Shown here one piece after another: positions 8,640-18,452 of a stretch of DNA of 64,000 nucleotides. A model generated the notes under the pieces. The model was not told where the DNA came from and made no database searches. It saw only the letters and a program-made list of their open reading frames with translations. The translations under genes were made by a program, and so were the position numbers. The stretch lies in assembly GCA_902492455.1 (NCBI GenBank), contig CABULH010000001.1, positions 143,862 to 207,861 of the forward strand, written 5' to 3'. How positions within the stretch are numbered: position 1 is the first letter of the stretch; each line of letters starts with the position of its first letter. The stretch comes from an uncultured Oscillospiraceae bacterium. GTDB lineage: Bacteria; Bacillota; Clostridia; Oscillospirales; Acutalibacteraceae.

Positions 8640-9974
8640 ATGAGGAGACAGATGTCGTGGGGCTTGGCTCTGCTGCTGGCGCTGGTTGTTTTAAGCGGCT
8701 GCAGCGGAGACGGGAAGGAGGCATCATCCGCATCTCATTCTACTTCTGTATCCGGCAGCGTATCCGAAAACGCTGCAACGGTTTCCACTGCTTCAACGTC
8801 TCCGGCAGAGACAACAGGCAGCGTTTGGGAAACCTCCGATGCGTCCCATGAGACCACGGGGAGTGGGACGGCGCCATCAACCAGCTCCACAACGACTACC
8901 AGTACCGTGCCGACCAGCACGACGGAAACATTCCCCCCCCTCTCCCTGGTGCAGACCCCCACGTCTCAGACGGCAGCGGTTTTCGGGCGCACCGTAATGA
9001 AGGACGGCCGCCTGCGGCTGGAGTGGAGCGGCAGCGGTTTTGCTGTGCGGGTGGCCGGAACCCAAGCGAAAATTTTCCTCAATGCCGCTGTAGAAAAGGA
9101 CGCGCAGGCACCCTATGTTCGCGTGTGGGTAGATGGAAAGGAACGAGAGACCACGGCGGTCAGCGGCACCGTCAGTATCCAATTGCACCTGGGAGCGGGA
9201 GAACATCTCATCCAATTGGTGCGTCTGTCGGAAGTGCTCACAGTGGCACCCATTCATGTGGTCTCCCTTCAGGTGTATGGGGATCGTCAAATGCCGCCGG
9301 GCTTGCTGTCTCCGCCGGTGCTTCCGCAGCGCCGGATTGAGTTTATCGGGGATTCCATTACCTGCGGTTTCGGCGTCACCGGCCAGCCATATGCCGTTAC
9401 GGGAAAACCGGGTCGTTTCCTCACCGAAGAAGAGGATGTCACCAAAACCTATGCGGGGATAACGGCTGCCTATTTTGGGGCGGACGCCCGCTACATCGCC
9501 GCTTCCGGACGGGGTGTGTGCCATAATCATACAGATGGGGGAGACAGCCTGCTGATTCCCCATCTGTTTGACTTGGCCTCGCCCGAGGATAATACAAAAT
9601 GGGATTTCTCCCTATGGCAGCCTCAGGTGGTGGTGATCAATGCCGGAACCAATGATTACCGCGGAAAAACAACGCCGACGGAAATGCGGGCGGGCGTCAA
9701 AGCATTTCTGGAACAGGTCCGCCGGACCTATCCCGATGCGGAGATCATTTGGATGTATGGCATGATGAATAAAAAGCTGGAAGAACCGCTGGTGCAGGGA
9801 ATTGAGGACTATAACATCGCACACAGCAAGAAGGTGCATTATCTTGCTGTGGCGACCCTCAGGGGAGTTCAGGAACAGGGGGCGCTGAGTCACCCCAACG
9901 TCGCTGCGCAGCGGGACCGGGCCAAACCACTGCAAGAACTGATCACGCAGCTGACCGGCTGGAAGCCGGCCTGA
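8640..9974 (+). CDS. secreted lipoprotein, SGNH/GDSL hydrolase (CE2-like acetyl-xylan esterase architecture)
   Basis: Lipobox LSGC, long Ser/Thr-rich linker, N-terminal beta-sandwich, then GDSL block IEFIGDSITCGFG and a C-terminal NAGTNDY block. Paralog of the partial gene at 63291. Confidence 0.6.
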   Translation: MRRQMSWGLALLLALVVLSGCSGDGKEASSASHSTSVSGSVSENAATVSTASTSPAETTGSVWETSDASHETTGSGTAPSTSSTTTTSTVPTSTTETFPPLSLVQTPTSQTAAVFGRTVMKDGRLRLEWSGSGFAVRVAGTQAKIFLNAAVEKDAQAPYVRVWVDGKERETTAVSGTVSIQLHLGAGEHLIQLVRLSEVLTVAPIHVVSLQVYGDRQMPPGLLSPPVLPQRRIEFIGDSITCGFGVTGQPYAVTGKPGRFLTEEEDVTKTYAGITAAYFGADARYIAASGRGVCHNHTDGGDSLLIPHLFDLASPEDNTKWDFSLWQPQVVVINAGTNDYRGKTTPTEMRAGVKAFLEQVRRTYPDAEIIWMYGMMNKKLEEPLVQGIEDYNIAHSKKVHYLAVATLRGVQEQGALSHPNVAAQRDRAKPLQELITQLTGWKPA

Positions 9975-9983
9975 ATAAAACGA

Positions 9984-10021
9984 AAAGGCAGCGTGCCGGT
10001 TAAATCGGCACGCTGCCTTTT
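9984..10021. terminator. bidirectional terminator between convergent genes
   Basis: aaaggcagcgtgccg-gttaaat-cggcacgctgccttt with A/T tracts on both sides. Confidence 0.5.
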
Positions 10022-10976
10022 ATACCTCTCCTGCGGCGAACAGGTTATCCTTACCCATGCCCAGCACATAAGGATTCTGATCGTATCGATAGCAGAAATC
10101 CAGGAAATCCGCTCGCTGGTTAGGATCCGCCATAATTGTGCGAAGAATCTCTCTCGGAAGAGTCCTTGCGAGGGCGCCCGGCCCCGCCATGTGGATATGA
10201 TGAACGCCGTATCGCTCCAGGATAGCTTTTAGTTCGTCGGGCATGAAAAGATAAGTGATGGGCCAGGGAGCGCCGCCGGATTCGTATTCCGTTATCTCCT
10301 TCTCTCCGCCCATCAGGCCTTCCGCCAGCAGATCTTCGGCTTCCTGGCGGTTAAAACGGAAGGCGCCGACACGTTCTTCCCGGCTGGAGAGCAGCCACTG
10401 AACCCAGGGGTCAGGAGCATGCCCATCCAGAATATAGGGATCTTTTTGCAGCGGATTCGCCAGATAGGGAAGGGTGCCCAATCGGCTGGAGACGCTGAGC
10501 AGAATCCGTTTGCGGGTTATGCGAACCAGCTGCCGGATCACCTGCTCCTGATGAGGATAGGTGTAGGAAACCGGCGCGTCGAAGGAAAGCACCAGGTCGA
10601 ACTGCCCGTCCCGATAGGCGGATAAATCCTCCAGCGCCCCCTCCGCGAATTCCATTTTGTCCAGCACACCGGCCTCAGCGGCCAGCTCCCGGGCCTTATC
10701 GATCATGGGGCGGGAGATATCAAAATGGGTAACCCGAATCCCTTGCTTTGCCAGCAGGATGGAAAAACGGCCGCAGCCCGCTCCGCCGTCAAAGGCGGTG
10801 CGTATCCCATCCAGACTGGCTAAGACCTCCCGTTCCAGATGGTGTTTTTGAATGATATCGTCGATGAAGGTTTGCTCCCGCCGGCTTTCCCGCTCTCCTT
10901 TATCCGGGAGGTTCCACTGCCGCTGGGAAATCTTCCGGCTGTAATCGCCATGGCTTTTTTCCCAGTCCATGCCCAT
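10020..10976 (-). CDS. class I SAM-dependent methyltransferase
   Basis: Motif I DGGAGCGRFS, post-I acidic residue, Rossmann-fold pattern. Confidence 0.6.
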   Translation of the reverse strand: MGMDWEKSHGDYSRKISQRQWNLPDKGERESRREQTFIDDIIQKHHLEREVLASLDGIRTAFDGGAGCGRFSILLAKQGIRVTHFDISRPMIDKARELAAEAGVLDKMEFAEGALEDLSAYRDGQFDLVLSFDAPVSYTYPHQEQVIRQLVRITRKRILLSVSSRLGTLPYLANPLQKDPYILDGHAPDPWVQWLLSSREERVGAFRFNRQEAEDLLAEGLMGGEKEITEYESGGAPWPITYLFMPDELKAILERYGVHHIHMAGPGALARTLPREILRTIMADPNQRADFLDFCYRYDQNPYVLGMGKDNLFAAGEV

Positions 10977-10986
10977 TCCCTCTTTC

Positions 10987-13371
10987 CTATTTCAGTTCCG
11001 CAATAGTGACGCCGTTTTCACCTTCGCCATAGGTGCCCAAACGGTAGGATTTGATGGAGGGATGGCTGCGCAGATGCTGCTGAATGGCGGTCCGCAGGGC
11101 GCCGGTGCCCTTTCCATGGATCAGAGTGATGGTTTCCAAGCCGGACATCACGGCGTTATCAATAAACTGATCCGCCTCCAGCAATGCCTCTTCGATGGAG
11201 AGTCCCCGCAGGTCCAGATCGGTTTTAGCAGACCGTACCTGCCGGGAGGGGACATTCCGGGTACGGGGCGGGGCATAAGGAGAGGCGTTTCCCGTCTGTT
11301 TCTTTCCGGTAATCAGCCGCAGGTTCTCCACCGGCACCCGGGTGCGGATAATGCCCGCCTGCACCTCTACATTGCCGGAGGAATCCGGGGGAGAGAGTAC
11401 CACGCCGGTTTTATCGATATCCGCCAGCCGCACCTCGTCGCCGGCTTTCAGCGGCCGGGGCAGCACATAGGCATCCCGTTTTTTCTCCGCCACTGGGTCG
11501 ATGGAATCCTCCACCGACCGCAGCCGGGAGCGCAGGCGGGTTTTGGCCTCCTGAGCCTGAGCAGCGAAAGCGGCGGCGTTCTTCTGCTTGCGCAGTTCGT
11601 CCAGCTCATCCATCAGCCTTTCCGCATCCGCCCGGGCACGTTCCACCAGCCGCCGGGCATCCGCCCGGGCTTTCTCCATTTCCTGTTCCTTCCGCTTTTC
11701 CAGTTCTGCCAGCTGTTTTTCCGCGTCCCGTCCGGCGGCCTGAGCGGCGCTTCTGGCCGCCTGCGCGTCCGCTAACTCCTGCTCCAGGGCCTGCCGCCGC
11801 TCTTCCAGATTGGAGACCACGTCTTCCAGACGGCGGTTGTCACCCGAAACCAATTCCCTGGCCCGGTTCACAATATGGGCGTCCATGCCCAGGCGCTCGG
11901 ATATAGCAAAGGCATTGGAGCGGCCGGGCACCCCGATCAGCAGACGGTAGGTGGGGCGCAGCGTTGCCACATCGAATTCGCAGCTGCCGTTTTCCACGCC
12001 GGGAGTGTGGATGGCATAGGCTTTCAGCTCCGCGTAATGGGTGGTGGCGATGACCCGGGCGCCCAAGTCCCGCAGCCGTTCCAGAATGGCGATGGCCAGG
12101 GCTGCACCTTCCACCGGGTCGGTACCGGCTCCCAGTTCATCCATCAGGACCAGACTGCCCTCTCCGGCTTCACCAAGGATCCGGATCAGATTGGTCATAT
12201 GAGCGGAAAAGGTGGAGAGGGATTGTTCAATCGATTGTTCGTCTCCGATATCCGCCTGTACATCCCGGAAAATCGACAGGGTGCTGCCGTCTCCCACCGG
12301 CGGCATCAGGCCGCACATGGTCATCAAGGTCAGCAGGCCAACGGTTTTCAGGGTAACGGTTTTGCCTCCGGTGTTGGGGCCAGTGATCACCAGCGTATCA
12401 AAAGCGCCGCCCAGTTCCACATCGATGGGAACCACCTTTTGAGGATCGATCAGCGGATGACGGGCCTTATGCAGCAGAATACGGCCGGTATCGGTCACCT
12501 CCGGCATTCCCGCCTTCATTTTGTAGGCCAGCCGGGCTTTGGCGAAAATCAGGTTCAGTTCCAGCAGTATCTGGTAATCGGTGATGATGGCGTCGGCAAA
12601 ATTGCCCGCATCGGCGGACAGTTCCGCTATAATCCGGTCGATTTCCGCTTCTTCCTTGGACTGCAGCACCTTGATCTCGTTGTTGGCCTCCACCACCCCC
12701 ATGGGTTCCACGAAAACGGTGGCGCCGGAAGCGGAGGTGTCGTGAACCAGCCCCGGGACCCCACTCCGGTGTTCCGCTTTCACCGGCACCACGAAACGGC
12801 CGCCCCGAATGGTGACGATAGGATCCTGCAGCAGCTTCTGATAGGCGGGGGAGCGGATCATCTTGTCCAGCTGTTCCCGCACCCGGGAGGATGCGGCCCG
12901 CATTTTGCGGCGGATATCCGAAAGGGCGGGAGAGGCGTTGTCCGCAACTTCCTCCTCCGACAGTACCACCATGCCGATCCGGTCCTCCAAATATTTGTTG
13001 GGGATCAGAACGGAAAACCGCTCGTCCAGGGAGGTTTCCACCCCGGCGCAGTGGGCGCGCCACTCGGTCATGGAGCGAATGATGCGCAGGGTTTCCGCGA
13101 TATCCAGCAGCTCCCGCAGGGAGAGGGAAGCGCCGGCGCCCGCCCGGCGCAGGGCGTTGGTGACATTTTTCATCTGGCCGAAGGAGGGGCTGCCGAACCG
13201 GGCCATAAGCATATGGGCGTCACCGGTTTCCGCCAGCAAACGGCGGACCTCGCCCAATTCCGCTGCGGGTACCAGCTCTCTGGCCAGAGCAGCCGCGTCG
13301 CCGCAGCTGGTCTCCCCAGCCAGCAGATCAAGAATTTTGTCCAATTCCAATGCTTTATTATTGCGATTCAT
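10987..13371 (-). CDS. mutS2: endonuclease MutS2 (MutS domain + C-terminal Smr domain)
   Basis: Walker A GPNTGGKT, MutS ATPase core, C-terminal Smr (LDLRGLSIEEA...LIHGKGTG). Start ATG 13371 or TTG 13380. Confidence 0.9.
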   Translation of the reverse strand: MNRNNKALELDKILDLLAGETSCGDAAALARELVPAAELGEVRRLLAETGDAHMLMARFGSPSFGQMKNVTNALRRAGAGASLSLRELLDIAETLRIIRSMTEWRAHCAGVETSLDERFSVLIPNKYLEDRIGMVVLSEEEVADNASPALSDIRRKMRAASSRVREQLDKMIRSPAYQKLLQDPIVTIRGGRFVVPVKAEHRSGVPGLVHDTSASGATVFVEPMGVVEANNEIKVLQSKEEAEIDRIIAELSADAGNFADAIITDYQILLELNLIFAKARLAYKMKAGMPEVTDTGRILLHKARHPLIDPQKVVPIDVELGGAFDTLVITGPNTGGKTVTLKTVGLLTLMTMCGLMPPVGDGSTLSIFRDVQADIGDEQSIEQSLSTFSAHMTNLIRILGEAGEGSLVLMDELGAGTDPVEGAALAIAILERLRDLGARVIATTHYAELKAYAIHTPGVENGSCEFDVATLRPTYRLLIGVPGRSNAFAISERLGMDAHIVNRARELVSGDNRRLEDVVSNLEERRQALEQELADAQAARSAAQAAGRDAEKQLAELEKRKEQEMEKARADARRLVERARADAERLMDELDELRKQKNAAAFAAQAQEAKTRLRSRLRSVEDSIDPVAEKKRDAYVLPRPLKAGDEVRLADIDKTGVVLSPPDSSGNVEVQAGIIRTRVPVENLRLITGKKQTGNASPYAPPRTRNVPSRQVRSAKTDLDLRGLSIEEALLEADQFIDNAVMSGLETITLIHGKGTGALRTAIQQHLRSHPSIKSYRLGTYGEGENGVTIAELK

Positions 13372-13729
13372 CTTGTTCAAGCCTTTCCAATGTCAAAAGC
13401 CGTTGTATGTTCCGAAGTTCATCCGATGTGGGCCGCCAGACATAGGCGGTCAGATCCACCCGGCCATCCGGAGAAACAGGAATACCTTCCATTTCCAGCA
13501 GCATCCGCTGACCGTCCCCGGTGCCAAAGGCGGGAAAGGGAGCCAGCCTTCCTTGAGCGTTCAGCACCCGATGACAGGGCACATCCTCGTAGGGACATCG
13601 ACTCATGGCGGTGCCTACTGCCCGGGCAGACCGGGGGCGGCCCAGCCACAGAGCCGCCAGTCCATAAGTAATCACCCGGCCCGCCGGAACCAGGCGAACC
13701 AGGCTGTAAATCTGTTGGGTAAAAGTCAT
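13358..13729 (-). CDS. short MGMT-family protein (alkyltransferase DNA-binding domain only, PCHRV retained)
   Basis: 123 aa with VPCHRVLNAQGRL active-site region and no N-terminal domain; overlaps the mutS2 start. Confidence 0.55.
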   Translation of the reverse strand: MTFTQQIYSLVRLVPAGRVITYGLAALWLGRPRSARAVGTAMSRCPYEDVPCHRVLNAQGRLAPFPAFGTGDGQRMLLEMEGIPVSPDGRVDLTAYVWRPTSDELRNIQRLLTLERLEQDESQ

Positions 13730-13741
13730 GGAAACATCCTC

Positions 13742-14491
13742 TTAGTCGGTAAAGGTGTGATAGAAATCCAGCGTGTGAAAGCTCCGGCCCAGCTGTGCCA
13801 GCAGAAACGCTTCTGACGCTGCCGACAGCGCTTGCATTCCTTCCGGCGTCATGGTGAAGGAGAAGGACTTGTTCAAAGGGGAATAAAGGATATGCCGCAT
13901 GGCGGCCAGCACGTTTCTCCCTGCCGGAATGGCTTCCTGCGGCTGTCTTGCGGCGCATTTCATGCAGGTCAGCACCCCTTTTTGCAGATGAAGCCACATG
14001 GGGGCGCCGTCGTAGCCGCCGCAAACCGAGCAGGCGGTGAGATCCGGCATGAAACCGGCATGAGCCAGCAGCCGCAGCTCCAGTACTGCTTTGACCTGCC
14101 GGGGTTCTCGCTGGCCGCTGCCTAAAAAGTGGAGGGCGTTGAGCATCAGCCGCAGGATATCCTCCGCAGGTTCCTCCTGAGGGGCCAATACCCCAGCCAG
14201 TTCACAGAAATACTGGGCCAAAGCCAGCTTTTCCAGATCGGAGCGCAGATCAAAAAACACCTGCAGCGGCTCAGCGTCGTCGATTATGTATTTTTCCCGC
14301 CCCTTATATAGCGAGAGGCGGGAATAGGAGAGCAGCTGTGTGGCGGAGGCGTTGCGGTTTTTCAGATTTCGCGCTCCCCGGGCGGAGGCGCGCACCACCC
14401 CCAAATCCTTGGTTAAGGCGGTAACAAACCGATCCGCTTCGCCGATATTGTTATTTTCCCGGATGATCAGCGCTTCGGTGGTCAGGCGCAT
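13742..14491 (-). CDS. recO: DNA repair protein RecO
   Basis: RecO N-terminal OB fold (MRLTTEALIIRE), C-terminal zinc-finger CSVCG..C..C; era-recO synteny. Start at MRLTT with RBS GGAGAAA. Confidence 0.8.
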   Translation of the reverse strand: MRLTTEALIIRENNNIGEADRFVTALTKDLGVVRASARGARNLKNRNASATQLLSYSRLSLYKGREKYIIDDAEPLQVFFDLRSDLEKLALAQYFCELAGVLAPQEEPAEDILRLMLNALHFLGSGQREPRQVKAVLELRLLAHAGFMPDLTACSVCGGYDGAPMWLHLQKGVLTCMKCAARQPQEAIPAGRNVLAAMRHILYSPLNKSFSFTMTPEGMQALSAASEAFLLAQLGRSFHTLDFYHTFTD

Positions 14492-14603
14492 GCCGTCGTT
14501 TCTCCTTTGGCGGCGCCGCATAAATGTCGACGCCGCGGTATCGCAGATAATCCTCAATCCGGCCGGTCTTCATAAAGGAATCCCATAATTCTTCCCGTTT
14601 CAT
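14430..14603 (-). CDS. YqzL-like small protein (~57 aa), absent from the ORF track (below its 60-aa cutoff)
   Basis: MKREELWDSFMKTGRIEDYLRYRGVDIYAAPPKEKRR... sits between era and recO, where yqzL lies in Firmicutes, with the W..F..TG.I..YL pattern. Confidence 0.4.
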
Positions 14604-14810
14604 GCCCATCCCTTGCCTTTCCGCCGGAGCGGCCGCATCACCGTCGGAACAGTCCGGCCAGCTTCCGTTTCTTTACTCCTATCCTATGCGGAAAGGCAAA
14701 AGATACCCACGGAAATCCCTTACGGAAACAAATGGCAAATCACCGCTTTTATATTTTTATTATGCAGCAGAAAAACACGGCGGCAAAGGCTGAATGCGGG
14801 GAGGCGGGAA

Positions 14811-15716
14811 TCACAGCTTGTAACCGAAGCCGGTCAGAAGCCCCTGGCGGTTGCGCCAGTCCTCTTTTACCTTAACCCAGCATTGCAGGTTAACCTTGAT
14901 ATCAAACAGATTTTCCATATCCTGCCGGGCCAGGGAGGCGATTTCCTTGAGCATAGCGCCCCGCTTGCCGATAACCATTCCCTTATGGCTGTCCCTTTCG
15001 CAGAAGATGTTGGCCTCCACGTCCAGAATCGGTCCGTTGGGCGTTTCCCGTTCCGCCATGTTCTCCACCACCACAGCAATACCATGGGGAATCTCCTGCC
15101 GCAGCAGCTGGAGCATCTTTTCCCGGACCAATTCGGCGGCAATGACTCGTTCCGGCTGGTCGCTGACCGCATCATCGGGAAAGAAATGGGGACTTTCAAA
15201 TGCGTATTTTCCCAGTTCGGTTTTCAAATCGGCCAATCCGTCGCCGGTAAGAGCGGAAACTGGCAGCACCGCGTCAAAGGGATAGGCCTCCTGCCAGGCG
15301 GCGATGCAGGCCAGCAAAGCGGATTTATCTGTTAAAGTGTCGATTTTGTTGATTACCAGTATGGCCGGCAGCTTGTTCTGCTTAAATTGATCCAGCAGCT
15401 GCTGCTCTGTTTCGTGAACGGCGGGCCGGGGTTCCACCACCAGCATGGCGGCATCCACGCCAGAAACCGCTTCGCCGATGGATTTCACCATGAAATCCCC
15501 CAATCGGGTGCGGGGACGGTGGTTGCCGGGGGTATCCAGAAATACCAGCTGAGTAGCCCTTTGGGTCATCACGCCCATGATACGGTTACGGGTGGTCTGG
15601 GGTTTGTCGGATACGATGGCCACCTTGCGGCCCACAAGGGCGTTGAGCAGGGAGGACTTGCCCACGTTGGGCCGCCCGACGATGGCGATAAAGGCGGAAA
15701 GAGTGGTTTCGGACAT
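14811..15716 (-). CDS. era: GTPase Era
   Basis: G1 GRPNVGKSS, G3 DTPG, G4 NKID, C-terminal KH domain. Confidence 0.9.
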   Translation of the reverse strand: MSETTLSAFIAIVGRPNVGKSSLLNALVGRKVAIVSDKPQTTRNRIMGVMTQRATQLVFLDTPGNHRPRTRLGDFMVKSIGEAVSGVDAAMLVVEPRPAVHETEQQLLDQFKQNKLPAILVINKIDTLTDKSALLACIAAWQEAYPFDAVLPVSALTGDGLADLKTELGKYAFESPHFFPDDAVSDQPERVIAAELVREKMLQLLRQEIPHGIAVVVENMAERETPNGPILDVEANIFCERDSHKGMVIGKRGAMLKEIASLARQDMENLFDIKVNLQCWVKVKEDWRNRQGLLTGFGYKL

Positions 15717-15734
15717 GGTTGTTCTCCTTTTATT

Positions 15735-17429
15735 TTAAACGGCAAGTAGTGTATAAACGACGGTAGAGCCGAGGCAGAAAGCGCCGGTCAGAGCGGCGGT
15801 GCATCCGCGGATCAAACGATAGAACCGGCCCTCCTGTTGGCAGTGTCGCAGCATCAGGCCGATCATCACCGTGCCCACCAGAATAATCGGGACAACATAA
15901 CGGATGTCCATGGAGCAGGTATGGGCAAAGGTCAGGCTGAACTGATAATAGGATACCAGCATCACCACAGCCAGAACCGCCCAAAAAGCCCGTATCGGCG
16001 GCTCCAGCTGGCTGCGCTGAGAAAAGAGTATCCAGCAGAAGGCGGCCACGGAAAGCAGAATCAGCGCTGTGTTGACAATGAATAGAAAGGTGGCGGCGGG
16101 TTTCATCGCCGATCCGGCAAAAGAATAATCGTATTCTCCGAACAGGGAAGATTTCAGCAGATAGATGGTGGGATTATATTCAAAGTAATCGGCGTTTTTA
16201 TCTCCCCAGGCCGTGAATACGGAGGAAAATTGATGGGGAGAGAAATCGAACAGCCGCTTCAACGCAGGGATATAACCAACATACTGGCCGTCATCCGAAG
16301 AAATCATAGGTACATAGGTGATAGGCGTGCCGAAACGGATAAGGTTGCGTATACCCCACCAGAGTCCCAGGGGAAAAACCGCTGCGCCGAAGGCCGCATA
16401 TTGGCCGATCAGCCTGCCGGGCGCTTTGCGGTTTTGTATCAGCTTGATAAGGAATACCACTGCGATTGCCGGAGCCACCATAGCGCCGAACAGCTTGGTC
16501 ATCATGGCGAAGCCGACGCTCAGCGCGATAAAGAGGATATGCTTAAAGGTGGGAGCGTGGTACCAGCGAATGGTCCACAGGATGGCGGCCAGCATCAGAG
16601 TGGTGCAGAGGATATCGTTGTTGCTGCTGCCCCCGAGAATGATAAAGGTGGGGTGAAAGCAAAGAATCGCCATGGGAACCAGCAACGCCATCCCCTTCAG
16701 TTCCAGTTCCCGCAGGATCCGGTAGCTGAGGAGCATACAGGAGGAGGAGTAAAACAGGGTGAGAACCTGGACGCTTTCCCCAGCCTGGAGTACAGAGAGT
16801 CCCAGCCAGGTGTTCAGCCGCATCCAAAGGGCAGCGATGGCGTGATGCAGCGGCGGCTGATAATACTGGGAGCGGGTCAGGGGATCAAAATCCGGCAGAT
16901 GCCCGTTGTCATACAGATAGCGGATGTATCCCGCATGGCCGTAGATATTGTCGAAATACCAGAAATCATGCTGACGGGTGATGCCGTTGGTATACAGGAT
17001 ATAGGCGGCCCGCAGCAGAAAACCGGCCGCCAGCATCAGCAGCACGACCCGGGAAGCGTTCAAGCCGCCGGTACAGAGCAGCCACAGCGCCGCAGCCAGC
17101 AGGAAGAGCAGGCCGCCCGTCAACAGATACCGCACTGGAAAGTTGGATTGAGGATAGAAAGCTGTCCATACACCAATTGCCAGAATGCCGCCCAGCGAGA
17201 CAATCAGCGGGATGCGGCGGCCGGTACCGGCGGGGCGGCTGAGGCCGTAAAGCAGAAAGCCGCCGGCCATCAGACAGACGATCATCAGCAGCATATCGGC
17301 GGGCAGAGGATCGGCCCCGGATATGCAGGAAGCGGCGTGTACCAGCAGGCAGCAAAAGGCCAGAATCAGATAAGGGTGACGCCGCAGTGTCTGCAGCGGG
17401 GTCAGGCGGTTCGAAAGCGTGCCTTCCAT
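15735..17429 (-). CDS. polytopic membrane glycosyltransferase, GT39/ArnT-PMT-like (dolichyl-phosphate-mannose transferase fold)
   Basis: ~12 predicted TM helices, N-terminal loop region typical of GT-C enzymes. Start has RBS AAAGGAGACGG. Confidence 0.5.
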   Translation of the reverse strand: MEGTLSNRLTPLQTLRRHPYLILAFCCLLVHAASCISGADPLPADMLLMIVCLMAGGFLLYGLSRPAGTGRRIPLIVSLGGILAIGVWTAFYPQSNFPVRYLLTGGLLFLLAAALWLLCTGGLNASRVVLLMLAAGFLLRAAYILYTNGITRQHDFWYFDNIYGHAGYIRYLYDNGHLPDFDPLTRSQYYQPPLHHAIAALWMRLNTWLGLSVLQAGESVQVLTLFYSSSCMLLSYRILRELELKGMALLVPMAILCFHPTFIILGGSSNNDILCTTLMLAAILWTIRWYHAPTFKHILFIALSVGFAMMTKLFGAMVAPAIAVVFLIKLIQNRKAPGRLIGQYAAFGAAVFPLGLWWGIRNLIRFGTPITYVPMISSDDGQYVGYIPALKRLFDFSPHQFSSVFTAWGDKNADYFEYNPTIYLLKSSLFGEYDYSFAGSAMKPAATFLFIVNTALILLSVAAFCWILFSQRSQLEPPIRAFWAVLAVVMLVSYYQFSLTFAHTCSMDIRYVVPIILVGTVMIGLMLRHCQQEGRFYRLIRGCTAALTGAFCLGSTVVYTLLAV

Positions 17430-17450
17430 AACCGTCTCCTTTCGGTCCTG

Positions 17451-17939
17451 TTATTTTGGATACTTCGAACGGCGGGGCGGGATGGCATTCTGCCGCCGTC
17501 CGCCACTGATGATAAACCAGAGCGCCAGAGGAAGGGAAAGCAGAAGAAGCACCGGCTTCCACCAGTTTGTCCGAAAATCGGACAGAATACACGTCCAGAC
17601 ATCCCAGCGGGCGAAGAGAATGAATCCGACAGCCACAGCCGCTCCTGCGCACAGCAAAACGGCCCCCGCCGCAACATCCTTCGCGACGCGGGCCCTCATG
17701 CGCCGCCGTGGAGCAGCCAGATTGACGGTCTGCTCCACGGCGGTATTGACGGCCTCGGCAGCAGTCACCAGGCCGATGATCGCTAACAGTGCGGCCCATT
17801 CGCCCCGCGTCAGCGAAAAATACGGTGCAAAGAGAAGAACATAGATAGCGGCCGACATGTGAATGCGGAAGTTCCGCTCATGCCGGATGCAGAACCAGAT
17901 ACCCCGCCCGGCATAGACAAAGCTGCGCAGAAATCCCAT
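17451..17939 (-). CDS. dgkA: diacylglycerol/undecaprenol kinase DgkA
   Basis: Three TM helices and the conserved AAEAVNTAVE motif of prokaryotic DAGK. Confidence 0.75.
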   Translation of the reverse strand: MGFLRSFVYAGRGIWFCIRHERNFRIHMSAAIYVLLFAPYFSLTRGEWAALLAIIGLVTAAEAVNTAVEQTVNLAAPRRRMRARVAKDVAAGAVLLCAGAAVAVGFILFARWDVWTCILSDFRTNWWKPVLLLLSLPLALWFIISGGRRQNAIPPRRSKYPK

Positions 17940-17942
17940 GGA

Positions 17943-18452
17943 TTACCGGCCCTTGCCCAGCATCACATAACTCTCACCGCGAGGCAGGCCGACGGAGGTC
18001 ATGACCGCTTCCTCCCGCTCCCGCATGCGCACGGCCTCCAGCCCGCCGTCCACATGGTCGTATCCCAGCAGATGCAGGATGGAATGAACGGTGAGATAAC
18101 CGATTTCTCTTTGGAGAGAATGACCAAACTGCTCGGCCTGTTCCACGGCCCGTTCTATGGACAGAACAATATCGCCCAGCATCTTGGCGCCGGTTTCGGG
18201 ATTGACGTCATAATGGCCGTTTTCGCCCAGCGGGAAAGAGAGCACATCGGTGACGGCGTCGATTTTACGGTGTTCGCGGTTGATTTCCTGAATTTGAGCG
18301 TTGTCCACGATGGACACGTCCACTTCCGCCGAGCCCTCAAAATTTTCCATTTCCAGCACGGCGTGGCAGCAGCGGCGGATCAGCAGACGGATGCCGGTGG
18401 GGATTTTAACCGTCTTTTGTTTGTTTTCAATTACGACCTTGATTTTTTCCAT
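17943..18452 (-). CDS. ybeY: rRNA maturation endoribonuclease YbeY
   Basis: HSILHLLGYDH (H3xH5xH) zinc motif. Real start MEKIKVV; the longer N-terminus in the ORF track overlaps phoH and is spurious. Confidence 0.85.
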   Translation of the reverse strand: MEKIKVVIENKQKTVKIPTGIRLLIRRCCHAVLEMENFEGSAEVDVSIVDNAQIQEINREHRKIDAVTDVLSFPLGENGHYDVNPETGAKMLGDIVLSIERAVEQAEQFGHSLQREIGYLTVHSILHLLGYDHVDGGLEAVRMREREEAVMTSVGLPRGESYVMLGKGR

